A stretch of DNA of 63,509 nt, counting the filler, from Asterionella formosa (lineage: Eukaryota), in NCBI GenBank assembly GCA_002256025.1. It is 20 parts of 20 records of this genome, joined end to end, with 100 filler letters (N's around TTAATTAATTAA, not from the genome) between each part and the next. Parts side by side here need not be neighbours in the genome. Positions count along the whole stretch, not along the records: positions 50,924 to 53,997 come from NKIB01014515.1; positions 54,098 to 57,170 come from NKIB01014516.1; positions 57,271 to 60,341 come from NKIB01014517.1; positions 60,442 to 63,509 come from NKIB01014518.1; 16 more parts are not named here. One strand, given 5' to 3'. A program made the translations under genes and the position numbers. The notes under the pieces were generated by a model, which worked only from the letters and a program-made list of their open reading frames with translations, did no database searches and had not been told where the DNA came from. Positions 50,924-63,509 of the stretch are shown one piece after another (position 1 is the stretch's first letter; every line of letters begins with the position of its first letter).

Positions 50924-51151
50924 GCCATGTGTTGGATTGTCATCATTGTTTGGATCAGGATGGCCATAGACTTTCATAGCCATCCATTTGTAGACATCCT
51001 CAGGTGTAACTTCCCCAAGTTCCTCTGGACTAAACTTGTAGCTTTTAGAATATTCTATGCCATCTCTGTATGACATCATAGCAATTAGGACACTCTTGTA
51101 AACAGGGGATTGTGTAGGTTCATTTACTCTTCTTGTTGGCAATGTCACCAT
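50924..51151 (-). mobile_element. CryptonS-like tyrosine-recombinase ORF, N-terminus only
   Basis: YKSVLIAMMSYRDG.EY..ELGEVTPEDVYKWMAMKVYGHPDP..DDNPTHG resembles stramenopile Crypton N-termini. Upstream GGTAGAAT motif cluster at 51208-51330. Confidence 0.6.
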
Positions 51152-51534
51152 GTTGATATTTAGTTTAATTTTTTACTTCAATCCCATTTCATACCATGTT
51201 GTATTGTGGTAGAATTTCTTGGACAATACCATGGCATACTGCAGGGTTCCATTGGTCCGTTGGTAGAATATTCTACCAAAATGTGAAAAAAAATTCTACC
51301 CCCAGTACTACTGGGTAGAATTTTTGCCTTTCTCTATACCATATTTTCACCACGGTCAAGCAAGGGAGGGGTACCGGACAGTATTGACCTGTCCAGAATA
51401 AAACACTACCTGAAAAGGGATGCTGATGAGATGATCCATACATTTCTTACCGGTACATCTTCTACACCGGAGCCCTACAGAAAAATACTACCGGTACTTT
51501 GGTAGAATTTCGTTAATAATGTATCAGTATAGTA

Positions 51535-51985
51535 AGTATCAGGTACCTGGTACCTGGTATCAGCACCAGGTACCTGTATGTATTATGTATGTACATACGC
51601 ACCGGTAGGTATATTTGAGCACCGTTACCGGTAGTACCTGGTACCTGGTACCTGGTACCGGTAGACTATCTTAATTAATAACGGTACCTGGTACCAGTAG
51701 TCTACCATGTACCTGGTAAATTGTATGTACATACCGGTTGGAGGGTAGGAGTACCAAGTACCAGGTACCAGGTACCAGGTACGAAGTACGAGGTACGTAG
51801 TCTACCCTTAAGTCTACTGGATGGTACCGGTACCATGTACCTGGTACCTGTGCAAGTTGCGGTAATTTTGCCGAAACTAAAGATTTATCATACCGGTAGC
51901 TATGTAGTTTTATCCCAGATGAAATTGTTTGTTTACCGGTACCTGGTACCTGGTACCTGGTACCTGGTACCTGGTACCTGGTAAC
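51535..51985. repeat. (TACCTGG)n / GGTACC-rich array
   Basis: Runs of the 7-mer in both orientations. Longest run about 51938-51984. Confidence 0.9.
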
Positions 51986-52699
51986 ATGATGGAAAATACG
52001 ATAGGGTCCGTGGATTTGGACCCCCCTCACCCGAGGGGTTGATTGTCGTGTCATGAACAATGCACCCTCCCTTGAATGTTGTCCATGCGTGTATGGGTAA
52101 CATTGGAGTTAGCTCTCCAGGTTGTCCAGTAATGGTCCTCATGTGCTTCCCCTTCCAAGTAACCACTTATCCGGGTTACACTTGGATATCCTTCACCGGG
52201 TTCCTCCATAGTAGCCCCCACCCATGGAGGGGATACAAGGCAATCCCCTCGGGAACTAACCGGGTTATAGGTTCGTTCCCTACACAGAGAGCCAGTCAGG
52301 ATCTAGATTACTCTAGGCCTCTTCCATAAGGGTCTGGTGGTCCATTGCTGCTGGAAAATAGCTTTCCGTACCCTCCGGGTGCGTTACTCCCGGTTGGTGC
52401 ATGGATCCGTGCAGGTTTATTATGCTCCTGCAGCATCGCATTCGCCGTACGACTCCTGCTACCCACATCACAACGTACGTATAGATGCAGTCCCTCCATA
52501 TTGCTTCGTACCCGATAGACCTAAACCTGGAGGTAGTCCTAGTCTATCACACAAAGGGGGATTACTCCCCACGAGGTTTTGTGTGACCCCGTCCTTGATC
52601 AGGCAGTGAGTATATTACAGTAGTTGGAATCACTACTTTCATCGCTTGCCCGTAGGAGCTACATGCCAATGTACCATATGTACCTGACAGAGACCGCAT

Positions 52700-53997
52700 C
52701 ACTCAAGTGGATGTGAAGTCAAATATGGGGTGAAAATCCCCAGGACGGTAGGAGAAGCTATTGCCCTGGACAAGCTTAATGGTGATGACCTGTGGCACCA
52801 GGCAATAAAGAAGGAAATTGGTGCTCTCATGGAGATGCAAACCTTCAACATTCTTGGACCGGACGAATCTAAATCCTTCAAACGGGATGGATTTCAGTAC
52901 GCTCGACTGATGATGATATTTGACGTCAAGCAGGATTTACGGAGAAAGGCCCGACTGGTTCTAGGAGGTCACATGATCGATGCCTCGGGACACGATACAT
53001 ACGCGACCAACATGAAAGGAATCAGTGCCAGAATCCTCATGCTTATTGCAAGTGCAAACGAACTCAGGGTATTAACAGGAGATATAGGGAATGCGTATTT
53101 GTATGCCAGCACAAATGAAAAGATATTCTGCAGGCTAGGAGAAGAGTTCAGCATAGCAGGGCATGGGGCAACTGGAATGATTGCAGTGCTCGAAAAGGCA
53201 CTGTATGGCACCAAGAGCGCAGCAAACCGATGGCATGCACACCTAGCAGACACCCTACGATGTATGGGTTTTGCAACAAGCAGATATGATGCAGACATTT
53301 GGTACCAAGCACGTAATGATGGCTCTGGCTATGATTACATCGGGACACATACTGATGACCTGATGATAGTGGCAAAGAACCCGGAAGAGTACTTTGAGGT
53401 GTTACAGGAGAAGTACACGATAAAGAAGATTGGCCCACCTACATTTCACTTGGGATGTGATTACGTAAGGGGACCAGATGGCAGATGGAGCATAGGAACA
53501 GAAACCTACGTCAAGGAAACCTTGGAGAGAGTGAAAACCATGCTAGGCCGGAAGGACCTTGGCAAGGATGACACACCAATCTCACCAACATTCCATCCAG
53601 AGCTAGACAATTCACAACTATTAGATGTCGACCAACACAGGTTATACCAGCAACTAGTTGGAATAGCCCAGTGGTTGATAACATGTGGTAGGCTTGATCT
53701 TTGCTATGCCATTTCGTCTTTAAGTCGATTCAGCTCTGCACCGCGGATAAAACATCTAAATGCACTGGAGCGAGTATTCAAGTATATCAACAAGAATAGA
53801 GCACTGGCGATTAAGATAAATCCGGAAAACTATATCTTACCAAAGCATGACATCATGTACGAGGGCGCAGATTGGACTGAGCAGTACCCGGGGGCAATCG
53901 AAGAAATGGATGAGAAATTCCCTACTCCACTAGGAAAGGAACTTAGCACAACCATATACTTTGATTCAGACCATGCCCATGATCAGAAAACGAGACG
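52700..53997 (+). mobile_element. Ty1/Copia (CoDi-like) reverse transcriptase to start of RNase H
   Basis: KYGVKIPRTV, FDVKQDLRRKARLV, GDIGNAYL, ALYGTKS, HTDDL, FDSDHAHD. Confidence 0.93.
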
Positions 53998-54097
53998 NNN
54001 NNNNNNNNNNNNNNNNNNNNNNNNNNNNNNNNNNNNNNNNNTTAATTAATTAANNNNNNNNNNNNNNNNNNNNNNNNNNNNNNNNNNNNNNNNNNNN

Positions 54098-55127
54098 CAA
54101 AGAAAGAGGTTAAAAAGATCCATCCAAACATAATGGCGTTGGCAATCCAGAATGAGCTTGAGCCACAAATAATTCCAAGTGGAGATATAAAAGCGCCACC
54201 TCCTTTCATCAAATTAATGGCTAACACGACAAGGAACAAGGTGATCAACATGTATACATTTGACATGGGAGTCTTACGTTCGTCTTCCAAAATTTGGGCC
54301 AATTCATCGTCCACTTCGAGCTTGCTCGATTTAATAGAGTCAACTTGATCCTCGCCTTTCTGGATGTCCAGATGTTCCATACATCCGTAGACTTGATACG
54401 CTTCATCATTCAATAACTTCGCCAATTCATTTGAATTCTCCGTTTCATGCAATTGATGACTTTCAGCTTTGTACATTTTGACAGCTCGAGCCAAGCTAGT
54501 ATATGCCGTAACGGAGAGGAGCAGAACTAGCATGACGACCAACACCTTTGACGGTAAAATCTTATTCAACAAAGCTCCAATCAAGGCTCCCGCAATTGTC
54601 AAAGGCTCCATGACTAAAATGAGATCCCAGTCTACCAAAGGTCGATCTGCTAGTGGATGTCGTTTGTTGGCATTGAGTACGGCGTTGGCAACTGCACCAC
54701 CAAAGACTGTCACATTCGACAGGGGAATGGCGTGCTTGGGAGAAAATCCCATAACTAAAATGAAAATGGGCACTAAAATGCCACCGCCTCCAATGCCTCC
54801 TCCCGCAGCTATCATGAGCCCAAGGACAGCACAAATAACGCCAGCATAGTCGCTGGAGTCCAGGGGGAAAAGGACTTTGTGTTCATCAAAGTCGATTTGT
54901 AGTGATCTTATCCTTGAATTATGAGTTGGCGTATTGGGCGTATGAAGAAACATAATCATCAGGAAGAAAAGTTGGAGGAAAGCGAGAACCCAAGGAAGAA
55001 ACTTAGCACGAGAAGTTGGAATCAATTCTTCATCACGACGAATTTGGGAATTCACAGGACATGGGGGATGAGCGTTTTTGTGTCTGTGTCGTTCATTGAC
55101 TGAAAGATCTTCTACGGCTACTTTCAT
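54098..55127 (-). CDS. Sulfite exporter TauE/SafE family membrane protein, paralogue A, 3'-partial
   Basis: AAGGGIGGGGILVP..HAIPLSN..HPLADRPLVDWD..EPLTIAGA. The start could be 55127 or 55181. Confidence 0.88.
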
Positions 55128-55975
55128 GTTGGAGTAAACACAAGGATGAGAGGTAGCGAAACAGTGCTGATATTTATCCATAGCTATAGCGAATGTGGTT
55201 TGTGGCAATTCATGCTCTCAGCCATCCTTTTTTGATGGAAATCTGTCAAATTGTGATTGTCGCGTTATCGTTTTAACCAGTACATGTAATACCGGGTGCT
55301 CCTTCTCGTTATGGCCAGCGTGATTGCGTGATAAGATCATCCTGAATATTATTAGATCACGTCTCAAAATCCACTCACGATGACGTCCTAGGTCACCGGT
55401 TCATGGTACCTGGTACTATGTACCTGGTACCTAGTACCAGGGGTACCTGATATCCTGGTAGAGTACCGGTATGGCTGGTACCTGCTACCAGGTACCACCA
55501 GCATTTATTCGGGTAGACTGGTACCTCCAAGTTGCGGTCATTTAGCTTAAATAAACAATTTAATATGGGATAAAGATAGCTAAACTTTTAGTTTCAGCAC
55601 AATTATCGCAGCTTGCTGGTATGTTGTTTCGGGGCAGGTTCCAAGATTCTTCCCTTGTTCTTGCTTGCTGAAATTGAAACGTACACAGACAACTCAATTT
55701 TTGGATTGCCGGAACTGGTAAACCAAACCAGACAAGCTGACAAATCTTTGTGTCCAGCAGCAGCATTCCGAATTTTTTCTAGCACTATTATTTTATTATA
55801 TGCATACTCCGAGTACATCTCATCAGCATTGATCGCCTGGGACCAAGATTTGCAAATTCGCAATGACGATGATGGATTGAAGCCTTTGAATTTCATATTT
55901 TGTTTCTATTTAAAGGCTTATCTAAGCAACCTGCCACTATACTATTGCGATCCTTTGCTGGCTGAGAATTCCAGT

Positions 55976-57170
55976 ATGTTAACGTCAGAAAGAGCCCGTG
56001 CAGTGAACGAAGAACAGTATACATCGCAGCTGGAATCTGATACAAAGATTCCAGCCAATACTGGAATCAAGTCGTTGGTCTTTGCGTGTGTTCTCTTCGT
56101 CGCAATCGCTCTTTCTGTCTCATATCATTTAATAAATAACTCGTCAAATTACGAACGCGATTCATGGGTCCGATCACTTCAAAAGCACGGAGAATACGTC
56201 TTTAGCGAACACAAGGCACTCCGTCCCTTGGATTCCAGCGACTATGCTGGCGTTATTTGTGCTGTCCTTGGGCTCATGATAGCTGCGGGAGGAGGCATTG
56301 GAGGCGGTGGCATTTTAGTGCCCATTTTCATTTTAGTTATGGGATTTTCTCCCAAGCACGCCATTCCCCTGTCGAATGTGACAGTCTTTGGTGGTGCAGT
56401 TGCCAACGCCGTACTCAATGCCAACAAACGACATCCACTAGCAGATCGACCTTTGGTAGACTGGGATCTCATTTTAGTCATGGAACCATTGACGATTGCG
56501 GGAGCCTTGATCGGAGCGTTTTTGAATAAGATTTTACCGTCCGAGTTGTTGGTCGTGATGTTGGTTCTGCTACTAGCCTTTACGGCATACACTAGCTTGG
56601 CTCAGGCAGTCAAGATGTACAGAGCTGAAACTCGACATTTGCGCGCCTTAGCTGCAGAAAGCGAACTAACGAAAATAGTGCACGAAGAAGAAGACGCGGA
56701 CCAAGAGGAAGCATTGTTAGAGCATATGGAACTCCAAGAAGGCGAAAATCCAGGTGATGGTACTTTGACCGACATAAACTTTAAAGTGGAAGGCGAGTTG
56801 GCCCAAATTTTGGAAGAAGAAAGGAAGACACCCATGTCAAATGTTTATATGTTGGTTAGCATGTTTATTGTCGTTTTGTTCATCAACGTAATGAAAGGAG
56901 GTGGTGCGTTTCGATCGCCCCTTGGTATTCGCTGCGGCTCAAACTCCTTCTGGGTTGCCAACGCTGTTATGCTTGGTTGGATACTTGTTACCTCTTTCTT
57001 TGCCCGGAACATCCTGGTTCAACGCTTCGAGACAAAGCGTCGGGTTGGATACCAATATGTGGAAGGGGACATTCAATGGGACGGTCGAGCCACAATTGTT
57101 TATCCTGCCGTTTGCTGCTTTGCGGGGTTCTTTGCAGGTATGTTTGATGAGGAGCAAAGGAATATGGAAT
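55976..57170 (+). CDS. Sulfite exporter TauE/SafE family membrane protein, paralogue B, 3'-partial
   Basis: Same motifs plus GDIQWD..AGFFAGMF. First ATG in the frame is at 55976. Confidence 0.9.
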
Positions 57171-57270
57171 NNNNNNNNNNNNNNNNNNNNNNNNNNNNNN
57201 NNNNNNNNNNNNNNTTAATTAATTAANNNNNNNNNNNNNNNNNNNNNNNNNNNNNNNNNNNNNNNNNNNN

Positions 57271-57447
57271 TGGTTTGCTATGAAGGCTCAAGAAGCTATG
57301 GAGGAGATGGAGGATAGTTCAAAACCATCACGCAAAAAAACAAAGACCGGTTCTTTGGAGTCAGGCAGTTCAGTTGAAATAGATATTTCAACTTCTCGTT
57401 CATCATCTACTGATGATGAGGTTTCGATTCTAGAGACTGGACCATAA
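57271..57447 (+). CDS. C-terminus of a convergent ORF, probably ORF1 of the Pong-type element
   Basis: Open from the contig edge, WFAMKAQEAMEEMED..ETGP*. Tail-to-tail with the transposase. Confidence 0.4.
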   Translation, partial: WFAMKAQEAMEEMEDSSKPSRKKTKTGSLESGSSVEIDISTSRSSSTDDEVSILETGP

Positions 57448-57569
57448 GAGTATTAAACTAGTTTGATTATAGTGACATTACATTACACTAATCCTTTCAT
57501 TATTGCTGCCAATCTAGAACTTGAACTTTAAAGACTTAAAATAGAAATCTAGAATCAAGTAATTATCTA

Positions 57570-58839
57570 CTATTTGTTCTCGTATTGAATCCACAAGTGC
57601 TCAATCAAATTGTTACTCAATTGAAAAGTGTTCACCTTCACTCATGTAGTTCATTCTAATATTCTTGAAATCAAGAAATGTGTGTACATTGTCATGATTC
57701 ACGTTGTCAACCAAGAATCCATCCTGAATATTGTCAAATAGATATTCATTTGTATTTTCAGTTTCCTATTCATCCTCTATGATCATGTTGTGCAAAATGA
57801 TGCATGCAATAATTACACTGTTCATAGCACCCACTGACCAAAGTTTACATGGAAGTGCAAGGATCCTCCACCTGACCTGTAGAACTCCAAATGCTCGCTC
57901 AACATCCTTGCGCTGTGCCTCCTGACGCATCGAGAAATAACTCCGTTTTGGACCTTGTGGCTCTGAAATTGTCTTGACAAATATATGCCAATTTGGGTAG
58001 ATTCCGTCAACCAAATAATACCCCAGATTGTGTTGTTGGTTGTTGATGGCAAACTGTACTTTTGGAGTCCTTCCAGCTGACAAATCATGGAAAAACGGTG
58101 AACGATCCAAAATATTAAGATCATTGTTTGCCCCGGGCATTCCAAACCATGCATGCCAGAACCAAAGTCTACAATCAACCGCAGCTTCCAAAGCAATTGT
58201 CGCCACTCCTTCTTTTCCTTGATATGCTCCTCTGTGTGCTTTGGGACAGTTTTTCCACTCCCAACGCATGACATCCAATGAACCAAGAAGACCCGGCCAA
58301 CCCTTTCCTTCATGCAAACGTAGAATCATCTCAAGGTCCTCTTTGGTCAAAGCTCTAAGATACTCTTTCCCATACCTGTTGATTATTGCGTTACAGAAGT
58401 GTTGCAAGTTGTTGAGTGTTGTTGACTCTGACATCATTGTTAAATCATCCAACTGATCAGCCGATGTTCCATAGGCTAACATGCGAAGCGCCGAGGTAAG
58501 TTTTTGGTGTGGCGAGAATCCCAGTAAACCCAAGGCATCCTTCTTCTGAGAAAAGTAAGAATCCGAAGAAACCAAATCATCAAGAATCTTCTCAAACAAC
58601 GAACGTCTAATCCTGAAGCGCCTCCTGAACATTGCTGACGAGTAAATCGGATTTTCACCGAAATAATCCTTTTTCAAAAGCTTGTCATAGTCTGTCCGAA
58701 AACGATTGAGATTGGATGCCTTTCCCACCTTTGATCCTCCTCCCTTGTTTCTTTCTTGCTTGGCATTCTCGCTTTGCTTCCGCATATTGCGGAAGTGGAA
58801 GAAGCGATTGTCATCTGACGAGTCGCTATCATTGCTCAT
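57570..58839 (-). mobile_element. Pong-type Harbinger transposase (Plant_tran-like), premature stop near the C-terminus
   Basis: FRRRFR, ALRMLAYG, GSLDVMRWEWKNCP, NNDLNIL, YYLVDGIYP, RKDVERAFGVLQ. Stop at 57766, with the typical LIEHLW tail at about 57570-57620 in another frame. Confidence 0.92.
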
Positions 58840-59204
58840 TTTCGCTGTGTCAAAACAAAAGTCATATTCATTGGTAATAATAAAGAAGCCACAATTCTCT
58901 ACGAACAATATACAAGTACATAGTTGTAATATGTTTTGATGGGCAGTACCAGATAGTACCGGTAGGAGTATTGCAAGCTGTTTAAGAATATTGTATGTAT
59001 GCAGCTACTTCATGAATTCAAAGCGATACACACGAAACTACAGTCTACCTTTATTTCTATTGGCTGATAAAATAGTCGCGAGATTTGACTAATATAAGAT
59101 TTGGTCGATGCGGTGGGAAAAAAAAAGAAAAATTCGACTATTGATAAAAAATTTCTCGACCAAGTGACGTGTATTGATATTTTCAACTGCAATTGGCTTT
59201 GGTA

Positions 59205-59232
59205 TTTGGTCGATGCGGTGGCGATGCTCTAA
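59205..59232 (-). mobile_element. Harbinger TIR plus TAA target site
   Basis: Minus strand reads TTA|GAGCATCGCCACCGCATCGACCAAA. Subterminal copy of TTTGGTCGATGCGGTGG at about 59100. Confidence 0.75.
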
Positions 59233-59308
59233 CAGTGTGATTCCATCCGGTTTATCCACAAGAGACATTCTGGAGCTTTAGAAATAGAAAATGAATGATT
59301 TTTCATAA

Positions 59309-59387
59309 CAAAACGTGTTTTTTATACCGTCAGTGGGTCAATGCAGTTCGAAATTTTTCCCAGTGGGTCAATGGATTTTTTTACTGG
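59309..59387. mobile_element. Orphan end of a pogo-like family related to 3516-5980
   Basis: CAGTGGGTCA..GTTC..CAGTGGGTCA..TTTTTTACTGG parallels about 5905-5980. Confidence 0.55.
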
Positions 59388-59480
59388 TTGGTACCAGGTA
59401 CCAGGTACCGGTACACAAGGCATAATGCCTTGACAGGGCTACATATTATTACCTCGGGTCTTTTGACAATGCACTCAGAA

Positions 59481-59508
59481 ATTAAGGTTCCTGCATTTGA
59501 ACCCCTAG
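59481..59508 (+). mobile_element. Putative TTAA-flanked TIR (Kolobok-like), copy 2
   Basis: Exact match to the reverse complement of 931-958. Confidence 0.45.
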
Positions 59509-59671
59509 CTCGAGGTGGGGTTGAAAAAATTATATTAAGTCAGAGTAGTCAAACATAGACTTCTTACAAGTAAAACGTGAATGTATATCGCTAAACGGAG
59601 CATTCACCAATACACACAGTCATTTATCAAAGTAGGGGTATAGGTCAAAGCTCTATATTGTCAGCATATAT

Positions 59672-60341
59672 ATTGCTTGAGATCCTTCATTTTCTTGACT
59701 TACCATCAATTGATTCCGCCCTTCTCTTCTAAGCCGCAAGTATCATTGTGCTGTATTATCACTTTCGTTTTCGGCGTCATCATCTGTGTTAATCATTCAA
59801 TTCAGGAGCAAAGTGTATGCATGACAAGGAACATGAAAACATGATTTCAAATGTTTCAGCCATGAATACATATATATAAAGATTTGTAAGAAGTTTAAAT
59901 GTATATATAGTTGAAAATTTGCATAGTTTGAAACACGCTCATTATACGGTACATCCTGTGAATACTTTCATCAATTTTGATTATACATAATTCAAATATA
60001 TACAATGCATGATGAGTTCATAGTTTTCCACGACCTGTTGTGTTTTTTCAATTTGTGTTGTGTCAATTCTTGTACCTACAAGTCAGTGGCTGATTTAATT
60101 AAGCCCCTTAATAAACGGGAGTCATCACAAATTTTTCAAATGGTCGAAATCATACATTTATGTATATAGACATATTGGCCAAAATTCATATGGCCTACCG
60201 GTAGTAATGTATAATTGCTGGTAATTACTTCCATCATGGAAATACCACAATAGTGCAGAGGAAAACTGAATATGCTCATGTGTTTAGGATCATTTGACCA
60301 TATTTCTAAGATCAATTGATCCTGATTCTTGAAAATAAATG
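59672..60341 (-). repeat. Dispersed AT-rich repeat, copy 2
   Basis: Reverse-complement match to 1051-1800. Confidence 0.85.
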
Positions 60342-62189
60342 NNNNNNNNNNNNNNNNNNNNNNNNNNNNNNNNNNNNNNNNNNNNTTAATTAATTAANNN
60401 NNNNNNNNNNNNNNNNNNNNNNNNNNNNNNNNNNNNNNNNNGCAATTCATATTGGATCTAGACGACTTGTTTAAAGCAATGTTCATCAATATATTCCCAC
60501 CAAATTTCGACTACTATATGGCTTTGAATAACGAGGAAAATTCAAGTGGACTACCCAAAAGGCAGGTGGAAAAAGGATTCCTTCCATACTTCCACTTTTT
60601 TGGAACTCGTTTTCTTCTCCGTTAATCTTGTCTGTTGCGTTGTTGCGGGTATCGGAATATTTTACCTTCCCATATTCAAGCCATCAGTGATTTAAACATG
60701 ACTTGTTGTGTGAGCATGTGAGTATGTGAGTTTCTCTGTACATTTACATTAAATATAAAAATATATATATAAATATACATTTATATATATATAATTTTAA
60801 ATTCAGAAGTTTCACTTCTGTTTTCGAAAGGATCCCACACCAACCTGCAGTGCCTGTTGTAGAAAATCAAATCAAATGTAATGTAATGAAAATGAAATCA
60901 TTCTCAATCCACAAACTACCACCAGCATGATGAAATAGCTTGGTGCTTTGATGAATTTTTGACGTGTTCATTTACGATGCAGTAGCTTATTCAGAGTCAC
61001 ACGTAAAGTCTTCCTTATTTCCATCACATGTTGGACAAGTCCAATAATCCTGCAATGCTTGAATCCCTCTGACAAAATTTGCTTCCATTTCTTTGCCACG
61101 ACTCTGGGACTTGGAAAACTCTTTCTTGGGATTTTGACAGAGATAAACATAAATTCATCCTTCATTCCTGCACAGCATGGACAACGCCAACCATCCATCA
61201 TTGCTCGACTCTGGAAAAAATCGGCTTCTATTTCACGACCACATATCTGGTTATTGGACATGAAATCAGGGATTTAGAACATTGTTCATTGGGTTTTTGA
61301 ACGAGATCAACAGAATGGAAGAGAGATGCATTAGCGAGTACGAGCGCCCCTCGTACGGTCAACCTACTCGCGCCACCCAGCCTCGAACACATGTATACTC
61401 GCAGGCAAGAGACCACCTTGGGCGTGTATTGCCTTCAGCAATTCCCGCTCTAGCTATCGTCGCGTCATTCGCTTACCTACTGCCCACAAATTTAGCATAA
61501 ATGTCAATTTTAGCCTACTATTGCCCATCATATAAAATATATTTTGTACATTTCCTATCTTCACCACGAAAATTGCCAAAGGTCCGATATTGCCCATAAT
61601 TAAAAAACATTTTATATATTTCATATGTTCGCATTTTGGCAAGACAACAGACACCAATTGCCCCTCGGTTTTCCAGCCCTGGGATTGCCGAAATCGGCAA
61701 GGGGTCTACTTAAGGAAACTATGTTATATACTATACAGATTTCAATAATTTATATCTAGAATTCACCTCGTCTTTGTTCGTCTCCTGACAAGTGGACTCC
61801 GGCAATTCACCTTTCACCATGCCAATCGTCGTCCATCATGACCGGTTTGAAGCGAAATCAGTTCCGCGATGACGCCAGTAGCGATTCTTTGCCTAAAGCA
61901 TGCGGTTGATTGTTGGATTGCTTGTCTTCTCGAGGCATTCATGTAGTTGCATCGTCCATTTTTCGTTTGACAAACAATGATATCGATACATCTGATGTTG
62001 GTGGCAAGTTTTTGCTCCGGTCATGTATGTAATGATGCTTAACGGATATTCTACCGGTTACCGGCCATTCGGTCAGCAATACTCCCATTGAGCAGGCGGT
62101 ACCGAACAGATAGGATGTATGGCCAGCGGAAGTTACGGAACCTACGGTTCTACACTGACACCATTTTCGGGAAATGCAAATCACTGACT

Positions 62190-63509
62190 AACAACACATG
62201 TGCTCAAATCTTTGCAAATGAAGCGTATTTCGTAAAATCGTCTACCTGATGGAGAAGAAGTCTGGCGCGGGTCTGGCGCTCCAACAATTCATTCGTGATT
62301 ACGGAGCACCTGAGTACCTCACGTGTGATGGGGCGTCCGAACAGACTGGACCGAAAACGGAATTCATTAAGAACGTGAGGAAGTATGGGATTGAACATCA
62401 CGTGAGCGAAACTAAACAGCATCGACAGAATCGAGCGGAGTCAGTCATTCACGAAGTGAAGAAGCGATGGTTTCGACAAATGATGAAGCGTCGGGTTCCG
62501 AAGCGTTTGTGGGATTACGGAATCGTGTGGGTGTGTGAAACAATGTCTCTCACTGCTAACTCCTCATCATTTGCGCTGGAAGGTCGGACTCCTATAGAGC
62601 AGATCACAGGCGAGACACCCGACATATCCGAATACTTGGATTTCGGGTTCTACGATTGGGTGTGGTACAAGGATAATGCAGGGGTTGGCGAAAACATGCT
62701 TGGGCGCTGGCTTGGTGTGTCTCACCGAGACGGTAACCTAATGTCATATGGGATTCTAACCATTGCTTGTCGCGTTATCTCTCGCACTACAGTGCAGCAT
62801 ATCACTCACCTTGAACTGACAACTAGCAAGGTCAAAGACAGATGCAAGGAGTACAATGAGAGGATAAAGGAAATCATGCATGACGACAACCACCAAAACG
62901 CAGGCGACGAGGAGGAGCAACAATTGCAGGATTGGGATGAATACTTGGATCTACAGGATGATTCAGTATTTGGCAAACAGATAAACAATGTTGTGAGCGA
63001 TCACCAAATACCAGATGCCGATGACACCTTCACTCCCGATATTTTCGAGGATACATACCTCAACAAAGAGATAGCGATAGCGAGGGGCGCTGGAGATGAC
63101 AACGACGGTGTTCAGTTTGGCAGAGTCACCAAGAGATTGCGCGACGCCGATGGTAGACCTATCGGCAAGGCTCACGAAAATCCTTTGCTTGACACGAGAG
63201 AGTATGAGGTCGAGTTCTTTGACGGACACTCAGAGGCATTGTCCTCTAACCTTATTGCTCAGAATTTTTTTTCACAGATAGACAAGGAGGGCGAACGACA
63301 TGTACTTCTCAACGAAATCATCGATCATAGGCGGAATGCGACGGCACTCGACAAAGAGGACGCGTTCATGACAATGTCTAATGGTGTCAAGCGGCGGAGA
63401 CAGACGACTCAAGGGTGGCAATTCCTGTGCCAATGGAGGGACAGGAGTACCACTTGGGTCGCACTTAAGGATATGAAGCAATCGTACCCCATACAGGTGG
63501 CGGAGTACT
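62190..63509 (+). mobile_element. Ty1/Copia (CoDi-like) integrase, same family as 32424-34938
   Basis: Hand translation FIRDYGAPEYLTCDGASEQ..QNRAESVIHEVKKRW..LWDYG..GRTPIEQITGETPDISEYLDFGFYDW. About 62800-63509 matches the reverse complement of about 34228-34938. Absent from the ORF track. Confidence 0.92.

Noticed and set aside
51671..52060. YQVPGT-repeat protein
   Set aside because: Translation of the TACCTGG array.
55613..55975. Long N-terminal extension of the TauE protein
   Set aside because: Depends on a non-ATG start. In a eukaryotic nuclear gene the first ATG (55976) is more likely.
3093..60441. Regularly spaced TTAATTAATTAA palindromes
   Set aside because: Artificial six-frame-stop spacer inside N runs. 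The ~3.18-kb periodicity reflects length-sorted contigs.

Overview
This is not a contiguous locus. It is 20 short contigs (about 3.07-3.09 kb each, roughly in descending length) joined by an artificial 100-nt spacer (44 N + TTAATTAATTAA + 44 N), so adjacency across spacers means nothing. The source is a eukaryote, most likely a diatom. Support: GT-AG introns, a signal-peptide + 'ADA-F' plastid-targeting-like motif, a PGRL1 fragment, CoDi-like Ty1/Copia elements and a CryptonS-like ORF. Over half of the DNA is transposon-derived: many decayed Copia pieces, a deleted pogo-like element (two near-identical copies), PIF and Pong-type Harbinger elements plus a Harbinger non-autonomous derivative, Crypton-like ends and a Kolobok-like TIR. 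Host genes are EMC3, an Lsm11-like protein, a GRDP/DUF1399 protein, two head-to-head TauE/SafE paralogues, a SET-domain protein, an LRR protein, a glycosyltransferase-like protein and a degenerate 2H-phosphoesterase. ATG9 and PGRL1 appear only as fragments. I found no convincing new multi-gene system. The most unusual structures are a Copia LTR with long inverted ends flanked on both sides by PPT/3'UTR, a Harbinger TIR-TAA-TIR tandem junction, a 251-bp identity tract between the inverted TauE paralogues, and pervasive TACCTGG/GGTACC arrays. All family assignments come from motif recognition by eye, not database searches.
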